Source of the DNA: a virus
Taxonomy: Duplodnaviria; Caudoviricetes
Strand: one strand, 5' to 3'
IMG/VR virus record: IMGVR_UViG_3300033076_000957
Location: 1-32,543 of that record
Length of the DNA: 32,543 bases
This document shows, piece after piece, positions 1-9,216 of the stretch. The translations under genes were made by a program, and so were the position numbers. Each line of letters starts with the position of its first letter. The stretch's first letter is position 1. The notes under the pieces were generated by a model, which ran no database searches, was not told where the DNA came from, and saw only the letters and a program-made list of their open reading frames with translations.

Positions 1-32
1 TTATTCCCATCAACAAGGAGCGTTTTTTTCAC
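1..32 (-). CDS. N-terminus of a probable 5'-3' exonuclease/flap endonuclease (T4 RNase H / PolA 5' nuclease-like); runs off the window
   Basis: Not in ORF track. GTG at 32 reads MKKTLLVDGN, matching the LLxDG first strand of FEN/PIN-fold 5' nucleases. It starts 9 nt after the recA-like stop. Only 10 codons are visible. Confidence 0.55.
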   Translation of the reverse strand, partial: MKKTLLVDGN

Positions 33-41
33 AAAAAAATA

Positions 42-1040
42 TTAAAATGGTTCGTTTTCGTTTTCAAAAGTTTCTTCGGTTTCATCCAAAGTAATTTCAC
101 CAGTACCCGAAAGAATTGCGTTCCAATATTGTGAATATTGTTTTTTGTAGTCTTCCAAAGCTTCTTTGGTGTCGGCAATATAACCTTGTGGTGTCGCAAT
201 AATCTTTCCATCCTTATATCCCAAACCGTTAATATGGTTCTTTAAGACTGAGATTTTTGTTCTGATAGCGTAAGACACCGTTCTACCATTTTTAGTCGCC
301 GTAATGTGATTAATACCAGCATTCTTTTGATTACCAAACAAGAATACAAGTGCCGATGCTAACCACATTGCTTCACCACCTTTCGCTTTAATTGTTGGTT
401 GTCCAAATGGATTGTCAGGTAATTCAACCCAAGGCTGATTAACTACAACCATAGTGTTAGTATAAGGATAATCTTCTTTACGAGATTTGGTAATACGAGC
501 TTGGACACCCATACCAATTTTATCCGCTAATACAGATGCGTTATGTTGTTTTCCACCTTTACCATCGAAAGTCATCTTACAAGGGATTGAACCAACTGAG
601 TCCCAAAGGAAACAAAGTGAGTAAGGAATATTACCCTTTTCTTGTTCGTCCAACAACTCGTTGATATAATCAGTAACTTGTTCGATATAATCAAAGTTGT
701 CGTTGAATATGAACTGTCCGTCCCATTCACCGTCAGACATTTGAGCTTCCAATCCTAACTCCACGGCGTGGTCCCACGACCATTTCTTTTCGCTAATAAT
801 GAAAACGGGTAAATGCCCCTTCTTTTGAGCCGAAACAGCGGCTTTAACAAGAGCTGTGGTTTTAGAAGAGTTCGAATGACCGAGGAACATATTGATGTTC
901 CCCAAAGCAGGGCCAGGTAAGCCACAAGCACTATGGAACGCTTCATCCACTTCATAAAAATCCGTGTCTTTGTATTTAGTTTTTGTAGAATACTTGTTTT
1001 TGATTGCATCTAATGAAAATTCTTTTTTCTTTATTGCCAT
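42..1040 (-). CDS. recA: RecA/UvsX-like recombinase
   Basis: 332 aa. Walker A-like GHSNSSKTT, Walker B FLWDSVG, VVVNQ, KGGEAMWLASAL (cf. RecA GGNALKFYAS) and late KN motif. Adjacent to the SSB gene. Confidence 0.88.
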   Translation of the reverse strand: MAIKKKEFSLDAIKNKYSTKTKYKDTDFYEVDEAFHSACGLPGPALGNINMFLGHSNSSKTTALVKAAVSAQKKGHLPVFIISEKKWSWDHAVELGLEAQMSDGEWDGQFIFNDNFDYIEQVTDYINELLDEQEKGNIPYSLCFLWDSVGSIPCKMTFDGKGGKQHNASVLADKIGMGVQARITKSRKEDYPYTNTMVVVNQPWVELPDNPFGQPTIKAKGGEAMWLASALVFLFGNQKNAGINHITATKNGRTVSYAIRTKISVLKNHINGLGYKDGKIIATPQGYIADTKEALEDYKKQYSQYWNAILSGTGEITLDETEETFENENEPF

Positions 1041-1070
1041 AAATGTCTATGCGTTTAAATTGTTTGTATA

Positions 1071-1114
1071 AAAATAAAAAAGGATGGACACTTTGTCTAT
1101 GCTAGTGTCCATCC
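1071..1114 (-). terminator. Rho-independent terminator after the SSB gene
   Basis: Perfect 11-bp inverted repeat GGATGGACACT (1082-1092) / AGTGTCCATCC (1104-1114), 11-nt loop, followed on the minus strand by TTTTTATTTT. Confidence 0.8.
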
Positions 1115-1121
1115 GTATAAA

Positions 1122-1967
1122 TTAGAATGGTAAATCACCATCAGGTTCGTCACCTGCTTGTGGGTCAACAATTGACATGTTTCCACCACCAACACTCATT
1201 TCAGAGGCTTCATCACCATATACATACTTACCTAATTCAGATGACCATCTTGGAGTTTCCCCACGAGCGATTGCTTCCAAATACTCAACAGGTTTTTTAG
1301 AATACACATCCGCCCAAGTAAGTGGGTCTTCAATCCATGACTTAGCAGTCTCAGCATCAGCATGAACAGGAGATGGGTCATCGTGCATTACAGTTTGAAT
1401 AACTGTATAAGTCGCACCTTTTGGAGTTTTTGCTTTAGCCAACTCAATGATAAGGTCTCGTCCTTTTTCAGGGTCAGTAATATCACCTTTAGCCTTCCAA
1501 ATTGGGATGATTTTGTCCAAGATACCTTCGTTCTTGTAATTGTGCTTAAATCTCCAAAACTTTACTCCGTCTGCCTCATTGTCACGGTCAATAACTTTAA
1601 CAATGTAAAATTTACGAGGTTTGTAAGATTTTGCTAATTCTCTGTCGGACTCTTTACCTGTTGACATTAATTCATCGTGAATTTCAGTCAAAGGCGAACG
1701 CTCGTTATCGTTCTTACCTGGGTCATAGATTTTATTCCATTTACCCTCAACCTGAACCTCATGATACCATACCTCTTTAAAAGGTGATGACCCATCAGGG
1801 GTTGGTAAAATACGAAGACGCTTTTGTCCCGATGTTTCATTTTGCGTTAGAATCGCCGCAAAATATTTTTTCATTCTGTCTTCTTGAGACATCTTGTTGG
1901 CTCCGTTTGAACCACCTTTCGCTTTTTCATACTGAGCGAGAACAGCATCTAATGAATTTGTCGCCAT
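1122..1967 (-). CDS. T4 gp32-like single-stranded DNA-binding protein
   Basis: 281 aa. RLRILP, PFKEVWYH, YIVKVIDR, GVKFWRF and DITDPEKGRDL motifs of the gp32 OB-fold family; acidic C-terminal tail DEPDGDLPF; next to the recombinase. Confidence 0.85.
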   Translation of the reverse strand: MATNSLDAVLAQYEKAKGGSNGANKMSQEDRMKKYFAAILTQNETSGQKRLRILPTPDGSSPFKEVWYHEVQVEGKWNKIYDPGKNDNERSPLTEIHDELMSTGKESDRELAKSYKPRKFYIVKVIDRDNEADGVKFWRFKHNYKNEGILDKIIPIWKAKGDITDPEKGRDLIIELAKAKTPKGATYTVIQTVMHDDPSPVHADAETAKSWIEDPLTWADVYSKKPVEYLEAIARGETPRWSSELGKYVYGDEASEMSVGGGNMSIVDPQAGDEPDGDLPF

Positions 1968-1994
1968 GTTATATATAAATTAATAGTTAATAAA

Positions 1995-2026
1995 CAAATG
2001 TAAGTGTGTCAGCCGTAAATGTCAAA
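1995..2026 (-). promoter_or_regulatory. Host-RNAP (early/middle) promoter for SSB; fits the Bacteroidota primary-sigma consensus
   Basis: Minus strand reads TTTG-N20-TACATTTG (consensus TTTG-N19-21-TAnnTTTG). It also reads as TTGACA-N17-TACATT. Lies 27 nt before the ATG. Confidence 0.7.
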
Positions 2027-2033
2027 TACCTTC

Positions 2034-2714
2034 TTAGTATTTAATTTCTTTAAAATCGTCGTCGTCTGTAAAATCGTCAAAAGTTCTCTTAATTTGGTCA
2101 GGTGAGAAATCTTCAACTTCATCAGTTGTTAAAATATATTCATTTTTCCCTGACTTTTCCATTTCACTTTCTTTATCGGTAAAAAAATCTGTAAGTTTTT
2201 GATTAAAAGGCCCTGAATCTAAACTTCTAAGTTCTAATTTTTCTTGTGGTGTTTTTTCTCTGTATTTTTCAATTTTAGCTTCAATAGCGTTTAATTTCTC
2301 AAAAACAGAATTCATTTCACCTAATTTACTCTCCAAAGAAGTTAATTGGTTAAATAAATTATTAAAATATTCTTCTTGTTTCGTTTCAATATTTTTTTGA
2401 GCAGTTACTAAATCAGTAATCTCCAATTCTTCCCCACTATCACCTTCAGATTTAGGTTCTCCTGAATCGTCCAATTTTTCAACATCAGGGTCATTTTCAA
2501 TATCCACAACTTCAGGTTCAGTTGTCGCTGGTGGGGGTGTTTCACCCGCAGGTGCCTCAGCTCCAGGAATTGGTTCTTCACCAGGTGCCGGTGGAACTTC
2601 TCCCTCAGCAGGTGGTGGAGGTGGTAATTCCCCAGCTTCTTGTTCGACGATATAATTATTTATTTTATTATATTTTTTTAATTCCTCTAAAATTGCATTG
2701 GATACTGTACTCAT
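2034..2714 (-). CDS. Hypothetical acidic, proline-rich, coiled-coil late protein (possible head-internal/scaffold-type protein)
   Basis: 226 aa ORF with a Pro/Glu-rich disordered segment (ELPPPPPAEGEVPPAPG) and heptad-like YFNNLFNQLTSLESKLGEM. Starts 1 nt after the upstream stop. Function is inferred only. Confidence 0.7.
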   Translation of the reverse strand: MSTVSNAILEELKKYNKINNYIVEQEAGELPPPPPAEGEVPPAPGEEPIPGAEAPAGETPPPATTEPEVVDIENDPDVEKLDDSGEPKSEGDSGEELEITDLVTAQKNIETKQEEYFNNLFNQLTSLESKLGEMNSVFEKLNAIEAKIEKYREKTPQEKLELRSLDSGPFNQKLTDFFTDKESEMEKSGKNEYILTTDEVEDFSPDQIKRTFDDFTDDDDFKEIKY

Positions 2715-2715
2715 C

Positions 2716-2940
2716 TTAACCGTTCAATAATTGCTTTATACCTGTTGTGGTTTCTACATTAATTTTTCTATTTGACATCATAGTGTTATCAACTCTTTCA
2801 ATCAAACCGTCTTTCATTCTGATTGTATAACATTCACCTGAGTCCAAATCACAGACTTCTTTGAATCCGTTACCTTTATCTCTTTCGGTAATATTTGCTC
2901 TTTTACCTAGATAATTTTCTAATAATGATTTAACGTCCAT
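2716..2940 (-). CDS. Hypothetical 74-aa protein
   Basis: ATG start, tight packing with neighbours, TATTTATA motif just upstream. Confidence 0.75.
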   Translation of the reverse strand: MDVKSLLENYLGKRANITERDKGNGFKEVCDLDSGECYTIRMKDGLIERVDNTMMSNRKINVETTTGIKQLLNG

Positions 2941-2950
2941 AGTTTTTTAT

Positions 2951-2958
2951 TATAAATA
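2951..2958 (-). promoter_or_regulatory. Putative late promoter TATTTATA
   Basis: Recurrent coding-strand motif; the TATTTAT core ends 11 nt upstream of ATG 2940. Confidence 0.55.
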
Positions 2959-2976
2959 TATCGTTTATTAAATAAA

Positions 2977-5900
2977 TCACAATTTAAGCATTCCACATAA
3001 AATATGAGCCTTAGCAATCTTAACTAACAATTGACTGTAGAAATTAGGATTTGTGTTCTTATAGTTGTCATAAATTGATGGAGTTCCACTCACCTTATCC
3101 GTTGGGAAACTCTCAATATAATACTGAGCGAACTGTGTTACGAAATCCTGTTTTGCAAGACTTGTAACTTTTCGAATAATTAAAGGTTCATATTTTGTTT
3201 TTAAGAAGTTTGCAAAATTTGTAAAATCCTTAAATGATGCATATGATTTTGAAACATTATCCAAACTTAAACAAATGTACTTTGGATTTAAGAAATCGAC
3301 CAATGTTCCTGAAATTGGCGGACTTGTCATCGGAATTCCTCCGTAGTTATTATCAAACCCTTTAAAACTACTTCCCGCAATTTCAGATTCAATATACATC
3401 AAAGTAAATAAAGAATATCTTGTTATTGAATTTGTTGTAATACCTGTTAATGTATTATAAACATCAATAAATGATACTCTAGTAGATGTTGGGGTATCCG
3501 CATAGAATGTTATAAAGTCATTAGCACTACAAGCGTTAATTGGACTTGCAACTTTATTATTAACCAAGTTATTCGAAATGTTATTTTGAATTTGATTAAC
3601 ATTTGTCGCCGGCTGAGCTTCAGCAGTTTCTTTATTACCAGTCTTTCTAACTTGTGATAAGAATTTTTGTCTAACACTTTGTAGGTAACTTTCATTCGTT
3701 GGTAATTCCGCAATTCTTTGTCTCGTTCCTGAGAATGTTGTTTTGAAATTATTTGCAGTTATTACATGACTTACACTTGTTATCCAATATGGTCCTTCAA
3801 ACATTGGGACATTTCTTAATACAAAATACATCGATGGTTGTATCATAGCATTTCCTAAGCACTCAACCTTCGCCTGATATGACCTTGTTTTGTATATATT
3901 AAATAAACTAACATTTTGTGTTGTTGATTTTGTTCCACTCGTGGTATTTCTTAAATCATATTCAGCCTGAATAGATTCAGATGTTGCTTTACCTAAATCT
4001 TGTGATACTTCTAAACCATTAAAAACTGATTGTGTTTGAATCCCATAATCAACAGAAAATCCAACAACTCTATTTGATATCCCATAGTCAGTTTTATTTG
4101 TTTGGTCCTCGTTTAATGGAGTTTGTCCATTAAAATTCCAAGTATCATCTTTATACGCTGTCTTATTTTGCGGAACACTAATGTTTTGTGACGGAGTCTC
4201 GGAATAAAAACACACCAATTTATTTCTAGAATCCAAATAATCGACCTCACTAAATGTTCCAAAAAGAGAATTTGCAAAATTAGTATCAGGATTAATTGTT
4301 GGAGTGTCCGACCCTGTTGGGGTTTGTATTCCGTAAAAATTAATGTATGCGGGTATGTTAAAAATTACAAAGTTATTTGTTTGAATGATTGACTTAACAA
4401 CCGTTTCAACACTCGCTTTGGCCCCATTTTTAATCCAATTTTTAATTGGGTTAATATCAACTAAAATATTATTACCTACATCTCGGTTACCTCTATCCAA
4501 AAATAATACATCCTGAAATAACGTATTTTTTTGATAGTCATTACCCGCAACCCATTTATCATTAATAGCCTTAAATCTATCATACGTTTCAACAGGGGTT
4601 ATTTCACCAATTAAACTACTGTTCGTAGATTTCTTAGCCTCGTTTCCTATAGAACCATTTAGTTGTTGTATCAATCCAACAAATAATGAATTCGCATTTA
4701 CTCCGTGCATATTTAATCTTAATGTGATAAAATCTTTAAATGTTGGAGCAACTTTACTTCCGGTTAATCTATAAGTCGCATATGTCTTAATTAGATTTTG
4801 GAAAAGTATTATGTTATCAACATTAAATGCAATATCATTATTAACAAAAAAGTCAGTGTAGTATGACCCTGTATTTGAATAAGTTAGTCCTGTAATTGTT
4901 GAGAATCCGACATATTTTTTAAGAGCATTCCATTCATTTGGATAATTTAATTGTGATTGTTCTAAAGTTATTGTTTGTGCCGATGTTGGTAATGAGTTTG
5001 GTGTTGTGGTATTGTAGTTAAGGACTACAGGTAAATTAGATTCATACGGACTAATGTTTGCTGTATTTTCACTGAAAAAATAATTATTAGTTTGTATGTC
5101 ATATTTTGTAGGATTCGCAATTTTGATAATAACATCATCATTAATATATCCTTTTAACTTATTTGATAAACTTTTAATACTTTGGTTCTGAACATTCTGT
5201 ATTACTTTTTCAGGGTCGTTAGACGTTATTGCGTAATTGTTTTTAATAATGTCACGCATAATAATTTGAAAAGATGTCTCATTATCCGAACTAATCGCAG
5301 GTTTTGAGAAATTTAAAAACTCTTTTTCAAATTCGTCCAATTCACTCGAGGTAAATACTCCAAATAATTCTTCAATTGTATCATACAATTTAGGTGTTGA
5401 TGTATCTTTACCTCTTAATGCAAAAGTGTCTTGTTTTGTTTTACCATTAGCATATGTTCCAGTATCTCCTGAGGTCAATATTTTTTTCATATGTTCCTCA
5501 ACAGTTGGTTTCTCAATCAAACTTGTATTAAAATATCCAAAGTTAGGCAATCCCCAAGCAAGTCTGACGGACCCATTGTATATTGATTGATTATCAAACA
5601 TTGGGATTCTTTTAGTAGGGTCAGCATTATAACACTCTTGGTAATTTTGATATACCGTAGTTCCAAATGATGGTATAGTATAATAAATCGATTCTTCGGA
5701 CGCATCTCTAATTAAAACACTAAACGGATAAATTAAGGTATCACTCGGATTTGTGGTAGCATTAATGTTTTGAGTCACATATTTTACAACTAAATCACCA
5801 CTATTAATCCTATCTTGTAAATCCAATTCAATAGTTTGAGTCGAACCATACACATCTGAACCATTAAAGAAATAATTAAAATCATTAATAATTTTTGGAT

Positions 5901-8900
5901 AGAATCCTAAACATTGTTGGTTAATTGTTCCATTCCCTGTTGATATGGTTTGTTTAAGGGAAATATTAACACTTTGTCCACTTATTGTTAGAGTGTAATT
6001 TTTTTCAGGATTATTATTTAATGGGTCAAATAAACTATTGGCATCAATATCTGTCCAAACATCATCTATGATATCAATACCATTTTCTAATTTTTCTTTA
6101 TATCTATGCCAAATTGAACCAATTTTATAAACCCATAATTTTGGTAGGGTTTGGATTGTTCCAATTCTAGTCATGGTTGCACTTATATAATCTCTTTGAG
6201 CAGAAACCGCAGTTGATGAGTTTAAAAATTGAGTTTGGTATTTTTCTCTAAGTGTTGCCAAAGGCAAACTATTTAAGAAAAGATAAGCCGCAGTTTTATA
6301 ACAAGGTTCGGTATTTGCAGTTCTTTCTTTTGCAACACCATCCATAATAGCATTTATAAAATATGGAGTATTAAGTATAGACGTTGTTTGGTTTCTATTA
6401 ATGTTACCAATATAAGATGTTGAGTATCGTAATCTTCCTTCAGTTAAACAATAAACATTTCTGTTTTGGAAAAAACTTGTCAATGAGCCTTCTAATGGAA
6501 ACACAATTGTTTCACTAAAACTATCAAAATCAACAATCGGTCTGTTTAATAATTTATCACCAACTTTCCCGTATGTATTGGATACGTTAAAATTAGTAAT
6601 CTTTTTATTATACTCATTTAAATTTAAAGATTTTGATATTTTGAAATAATTCTTTGGGTCTTCTTTTGTCGCAATATTCCCCCCCATGTTTTCTTCAAAC
6701 CATAAATTAGTAACATCAGAATAAACAAATGGTGGTTGTTGTGAAACAATATCTTGGTTTCTAATTACATCACAAAGTTTTTTATCGAAAAATTCAGTGA
6801 AACCTTTTTCACTTTCTGTAGATGCAACAATTTCAACTGTTGGTAAATCTTCATTTAAAAAACTCACAGTTTTAGTTACACCACTATACAAATATTTTGT
6901 ATTTATCTCACCACGAACTAATTTTTCCCATTTTTCAGTTGTCCCATTATTACTTTTTTCATAAAGAATATTAACAAATGTTGATATGTTTGGTATTCTA
7001 TAATTTTTAAAAATTAATGCAAGTTCAGCACTTAAACTTACCGTCACATTAATATTATAAGATTCAAAATCAATAACCGATTGTAACAAAGAAATATTAT
7101 CCTCAACACTAAAATCAAATCCATCATATTGTGATATCGCATTTGTCCTCTCATACATTTCATACAGATAATTCACTATCTGTAAGTTTGAATATGAAAT
7201 ATTACTTAATGGAATATCAAACGCAGACATTAATAATCGATTAATACTGTTGGGTGGTGCACTGGCACTTAATTGAGGAATATCTACTTGTAGAATTCCC
7301 GATAAAAACTCTTCAACAAATTCAACTTCAGGCCAAACTTCGTAATCATCGGCACCTGTTTCACTAATATATTTTGGGTCACCAGGGTATTGGACCTCAT
7401 ATTTTTGAGTATTATTAACTTGTTTTGCGACAACAAATTGAGGCCAAGGGAAAACAGGTGCGTCAATCTCGTTACTTTGAATGTCTTGGACTTGTTGTAG
7501 TAAGTTTTGATTGGATACTACCTTTAGTTTTGTTTCATTATTTCTCTGATTGAACGCTTTAATATGGACCTCGTTCATTAATCTTAAAAATGCCTCACTT
7601 GAGGCCATGAAAACCGCAACAATATTTTTAACTGTTGGTTTAAAACCTAACCCGTTTTTATCTTCTAAAGCCTTTGCTAATTTTTCCGTTGTCTCCTTTT
7701 CAATCTCCTCTTTTTTTGTTTGGAATGATTTATCACATTTATTGATTTTATCAATAAATCTAAACATCCCATCAAATATATAGAATGGAGGATATGGAAC
7801 CTGTTGATTTTGGGTATCCTGTGAATAACGAGAATTATAATAAGTAAAATAAAGTTCCAATTCAGCCCTTAACGCCTGAATTTCAGTATCAGTAAATGTT
7901 TCTTTTTTTGTTCTAGCCTTTAACGTTTCAATTAAATCAATGTCTCCCTCAACAATCCCATAACCCTCACAATCACTCGCTCTCGGTATTGTTAAAATTC
8001 TATATCTACCACCATCACCCAATGTCGGGTTGGATAATATTTTAGAAATATTAGAGTTACAAATTTGTTGTAGTTTTTGATTAATTTCATATGGTGTTGG
8101 TTGTGGAAGTGGAGTATAAACTTTAATTTTTTTCTTTTCCCCATTAACATCCGTTTCGACTTTTATCCAATAAGCCGTCTTATTCATATAAAGATTTAAG
8201 AAAGATTGTGACGGATTTGTAACAACTTGTTTTCTATATTGACTAATTGCGTCTTGAAAAGTATCACAATCATTAAGGGGTCCCATACTCTCATTTCCGA
8301 ATTGTTCTAATACGGTTGCAACAAAACTCTCCAATCGATACAATAACTCAGGGACAGTAATGTTTGGGAATTCATTATCAATAATTTTTAAATTTTTATA
8401 ATCCTCATAAACTTTATTAATAAACTCAATTCCTCGATAAGTTATAATGTCTTCAGATTGTACATTACTTCCCAATGTTCCGCTATTTTGTGGTTGCGGT
8501 GTCGTTGTATTATTACCATTGGTTTTTTTCATATACATCTTAGGAAGTGCAAATAAATCACCAACAGTTATATCTTGTAATACAGTAAATTTATATCCAA
8601 CAAACGTCAAATTAATTTGGAAATTACCGTTAGACTGATTAAAACTACCATTAAATTTCTGTAGGAACAATGGCATCCTAAGGGCCTTTCCATAATAACC
8701 TTTAATCGTTAGATAAAAAACAGGATAGGGTAAATTGAAAAAAACAGAGTATGGTGAATTATCTCCCGACTCAAACAACGCTCTACCTCTAATATCTTCC
8801 AATGTAATATTAACGGTTGGAACATAAGCAGGATTAACGGTATATGTAATATTGGTTATTCCTAGTAATTCACTATTAATAACTCTTTCATCTGTTGTAT

Positions 8901-9216
8901 TTGTGGCATCTAAAGTCCAATTTGTTGTGAAAAAATTTTCATCGTTAGGTTTTAAAAAATTAACTTTAGATGTGGCAATTAAAGAATTCTCCCCCGCCCC
9001 ATCATCACCTAACAATAATCGAGACCTTGGTTGTATATTACACTCTAAATTAGCATACATTACCAAGTCCTCTTGTTTTAAGTTTCGGTCACCAACAGTT
9101 AGTTCGTCTTCACCAATAACATCTGAGGTTTGGTAAGTTTTATTCGGATTAATTATAAAAATATTATTATAATTATTCTCAATATAGATGTCCCCTGGTG
9201 TTATGTTACTTGCCAT
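2977..9216 (-). CDS. Very large baseplate hub protein (gp27/gpD-like) with a putative C-terminal GH73-like glycosidase domain
   Basis: About 2079 aa from ATG 9216 (MASNITPG), preferred over TTG 9237 because it overlaps the upstream stop by 11 nt. Hub signature RSYQAKVECLGNAMIQPSMYF...FEGPYWITSVSHVI...FKTTFSG. C-terminal IES...NNYGGI...YASF pattern. Confidence 0.7.
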   Translation of the reverse strand: MASNITPGDIYIENNYNNIFIINPNKTYQTSDVIGEDELTVGDRNLKQEDLVMYANLECNIQPRSRLLLGDDGAGENSLIATSKVNFLKPNDENFFTTNWTLDATNTTDERVINSELLGITNITYTVNPAYVPTVNITLEDIRGRALFESGDNSPYSVFFNLPYPVFYLTIKGYYGKALRMPLFLQKFNGSFNQSNGNFQINLTFVGYKFTVLQDITVGDLFALPKMYMKKTNGNNTTTPQPQNSGTLGSNVQSEDIITYRGIEFINKVYEDYKNLKIIDNEFPNITVPELLYRLESFVATVLEQFGNESMGPLNDCDTFQDAISQYRKQVVTNPSQSFLNLYMNKTAYWIKVETDVNGEKKKIKVYTPLPQPTPYEINQKLQQICNSNISKILSNPTLGDGGRYRILTIPRASDCEGYGIVEGDIDLIETLKARTKKETFTDTEIQALRAELELYFTYYNSRYSQDTQNQQVPYPPFYIFDGMFRFIDKINKCDKSFQTKKEEIEKETTEKLAKALEDKNGLGFKPTVKNIVAVFMASSEAFLRLMNEVHIKAFNQRNNETKLKVVSNQNLLQQVQDIQSNEIDAPVFPWPQFVVAKQVNNTQKYEVQYPGDPKYISETGADDYEVWPEVEFVEEFLSGILQVDIPQLSASAPPNSINRLLMSAFDIPLSNISYSNLQIVNYLYEMYERTNAISQYDGFDFSVEDNISLLQSVIDFESYNINVTVSLSAELALIFKNYRIPNISTFVNILYEKSNNGTTEKWEKLVRGEINTKYLYSGVTKTVSFLNEDLPTVEIVASTESEKGFTEFFDKKLCDVIRNQDIVSQQPPFVYSDVTNLWFEENMGGNIATKEDPKNYFKISKSLNLNEYNKKITNFNVSNTYGKVGDKLLNRPIVDFDSFSETIVFPLEGSLTSFFQNRNVYCLTEGRLRYSTSYIGNINRNQTTSILNTPYFINAIMDGVAKERTANTEPCYKTAAYLFLNSLPLATLREKYQTQFLNSSTAVSAQRDYISATMTRIGTIQTLPKLWVYKIGSIWHRYKEKLENGIDIIDDVWTDIDANSLFDPLNNNPEKNYTLTISGQSVNISLKQTISTGNGTINQQCLGFYPKIINDFNYFFNGSDVYGSTQTIELDLQDRINSGDLVVKYVTQNINATTNPSDTLIYPFSVLIRDASEESIYYTIPSFGTTVYQNYQECYNADPTKRIPMFDNQSIYNGSVRLAWGLPNFGYFNTSLIEKPTVEEHMKKILTSGDTGTYANGKTKQDTFALRGKDTSTPKLYDTIEELFGVFTSSELDEFEKEFLNFSKPAISSDNETSFQIIMRDIIKNNYAITSNDPEKVIQNVQNQSIKSLSNKLKGYINDDVIIKIANPTKYDIQTNNYFFSENTANISPYESNLPVVLNYNTTTPNSLPTSAQTITLEQSQLNYPNEWNALKKYVGFSTITGLTYSNTGSYYTDFFVNNDIAFNVDNIILFQNLIKTYATYRLTGSKVAPTFKDFITLRLNMHGVNANSLFVGLIQQLNGSIGNEAKKSTNSSLIGEITPVETYDRFKAINDKWVAGNDYQKNTLFQDVLFLDRGNRDVGNNILVDINPIKNWIKNGAKASVETVVKSIIQTNNFVIFNIPAYINFYGIQTPTGSDTPTINPDTNFANSLFGTFSEVDYLDSRNKLVCFYSETPSQNISVPQNKTAYKDDTWNFNGQTPLNEDQTNKTDYGISNRVVGFSVDYGIQTQSVFNGLEVSQDLGKATSESIQAEYDLRNTTSGTKSTTQNVSLFNIYKTRSYQAKVECLGNAMIQPSMYFVLRNVPMFEGPYWITSVSHVITANNFKTTFSGTRQRIAELPTNESYLQSVRQKFLSQVRKTGNKETAEAQPATNVNQIQNNISNNLVNNKVASPINACSANDFITFYADTPTSTRVSFIDVYNTLTGITTNSITRYSLFTLMYIESEIAGSSFKGFDNNYGGIPMTSPPISGTLVDFLNPKYICLSLDNVSKSYASFKDFTNFANFLKTKYEPLIIRKVTSLAKQDFVTQFAQYYIESFPTDKVSGTPSIYDNYKNTNPNFYSQLLVKIAKAHILCGMLKL

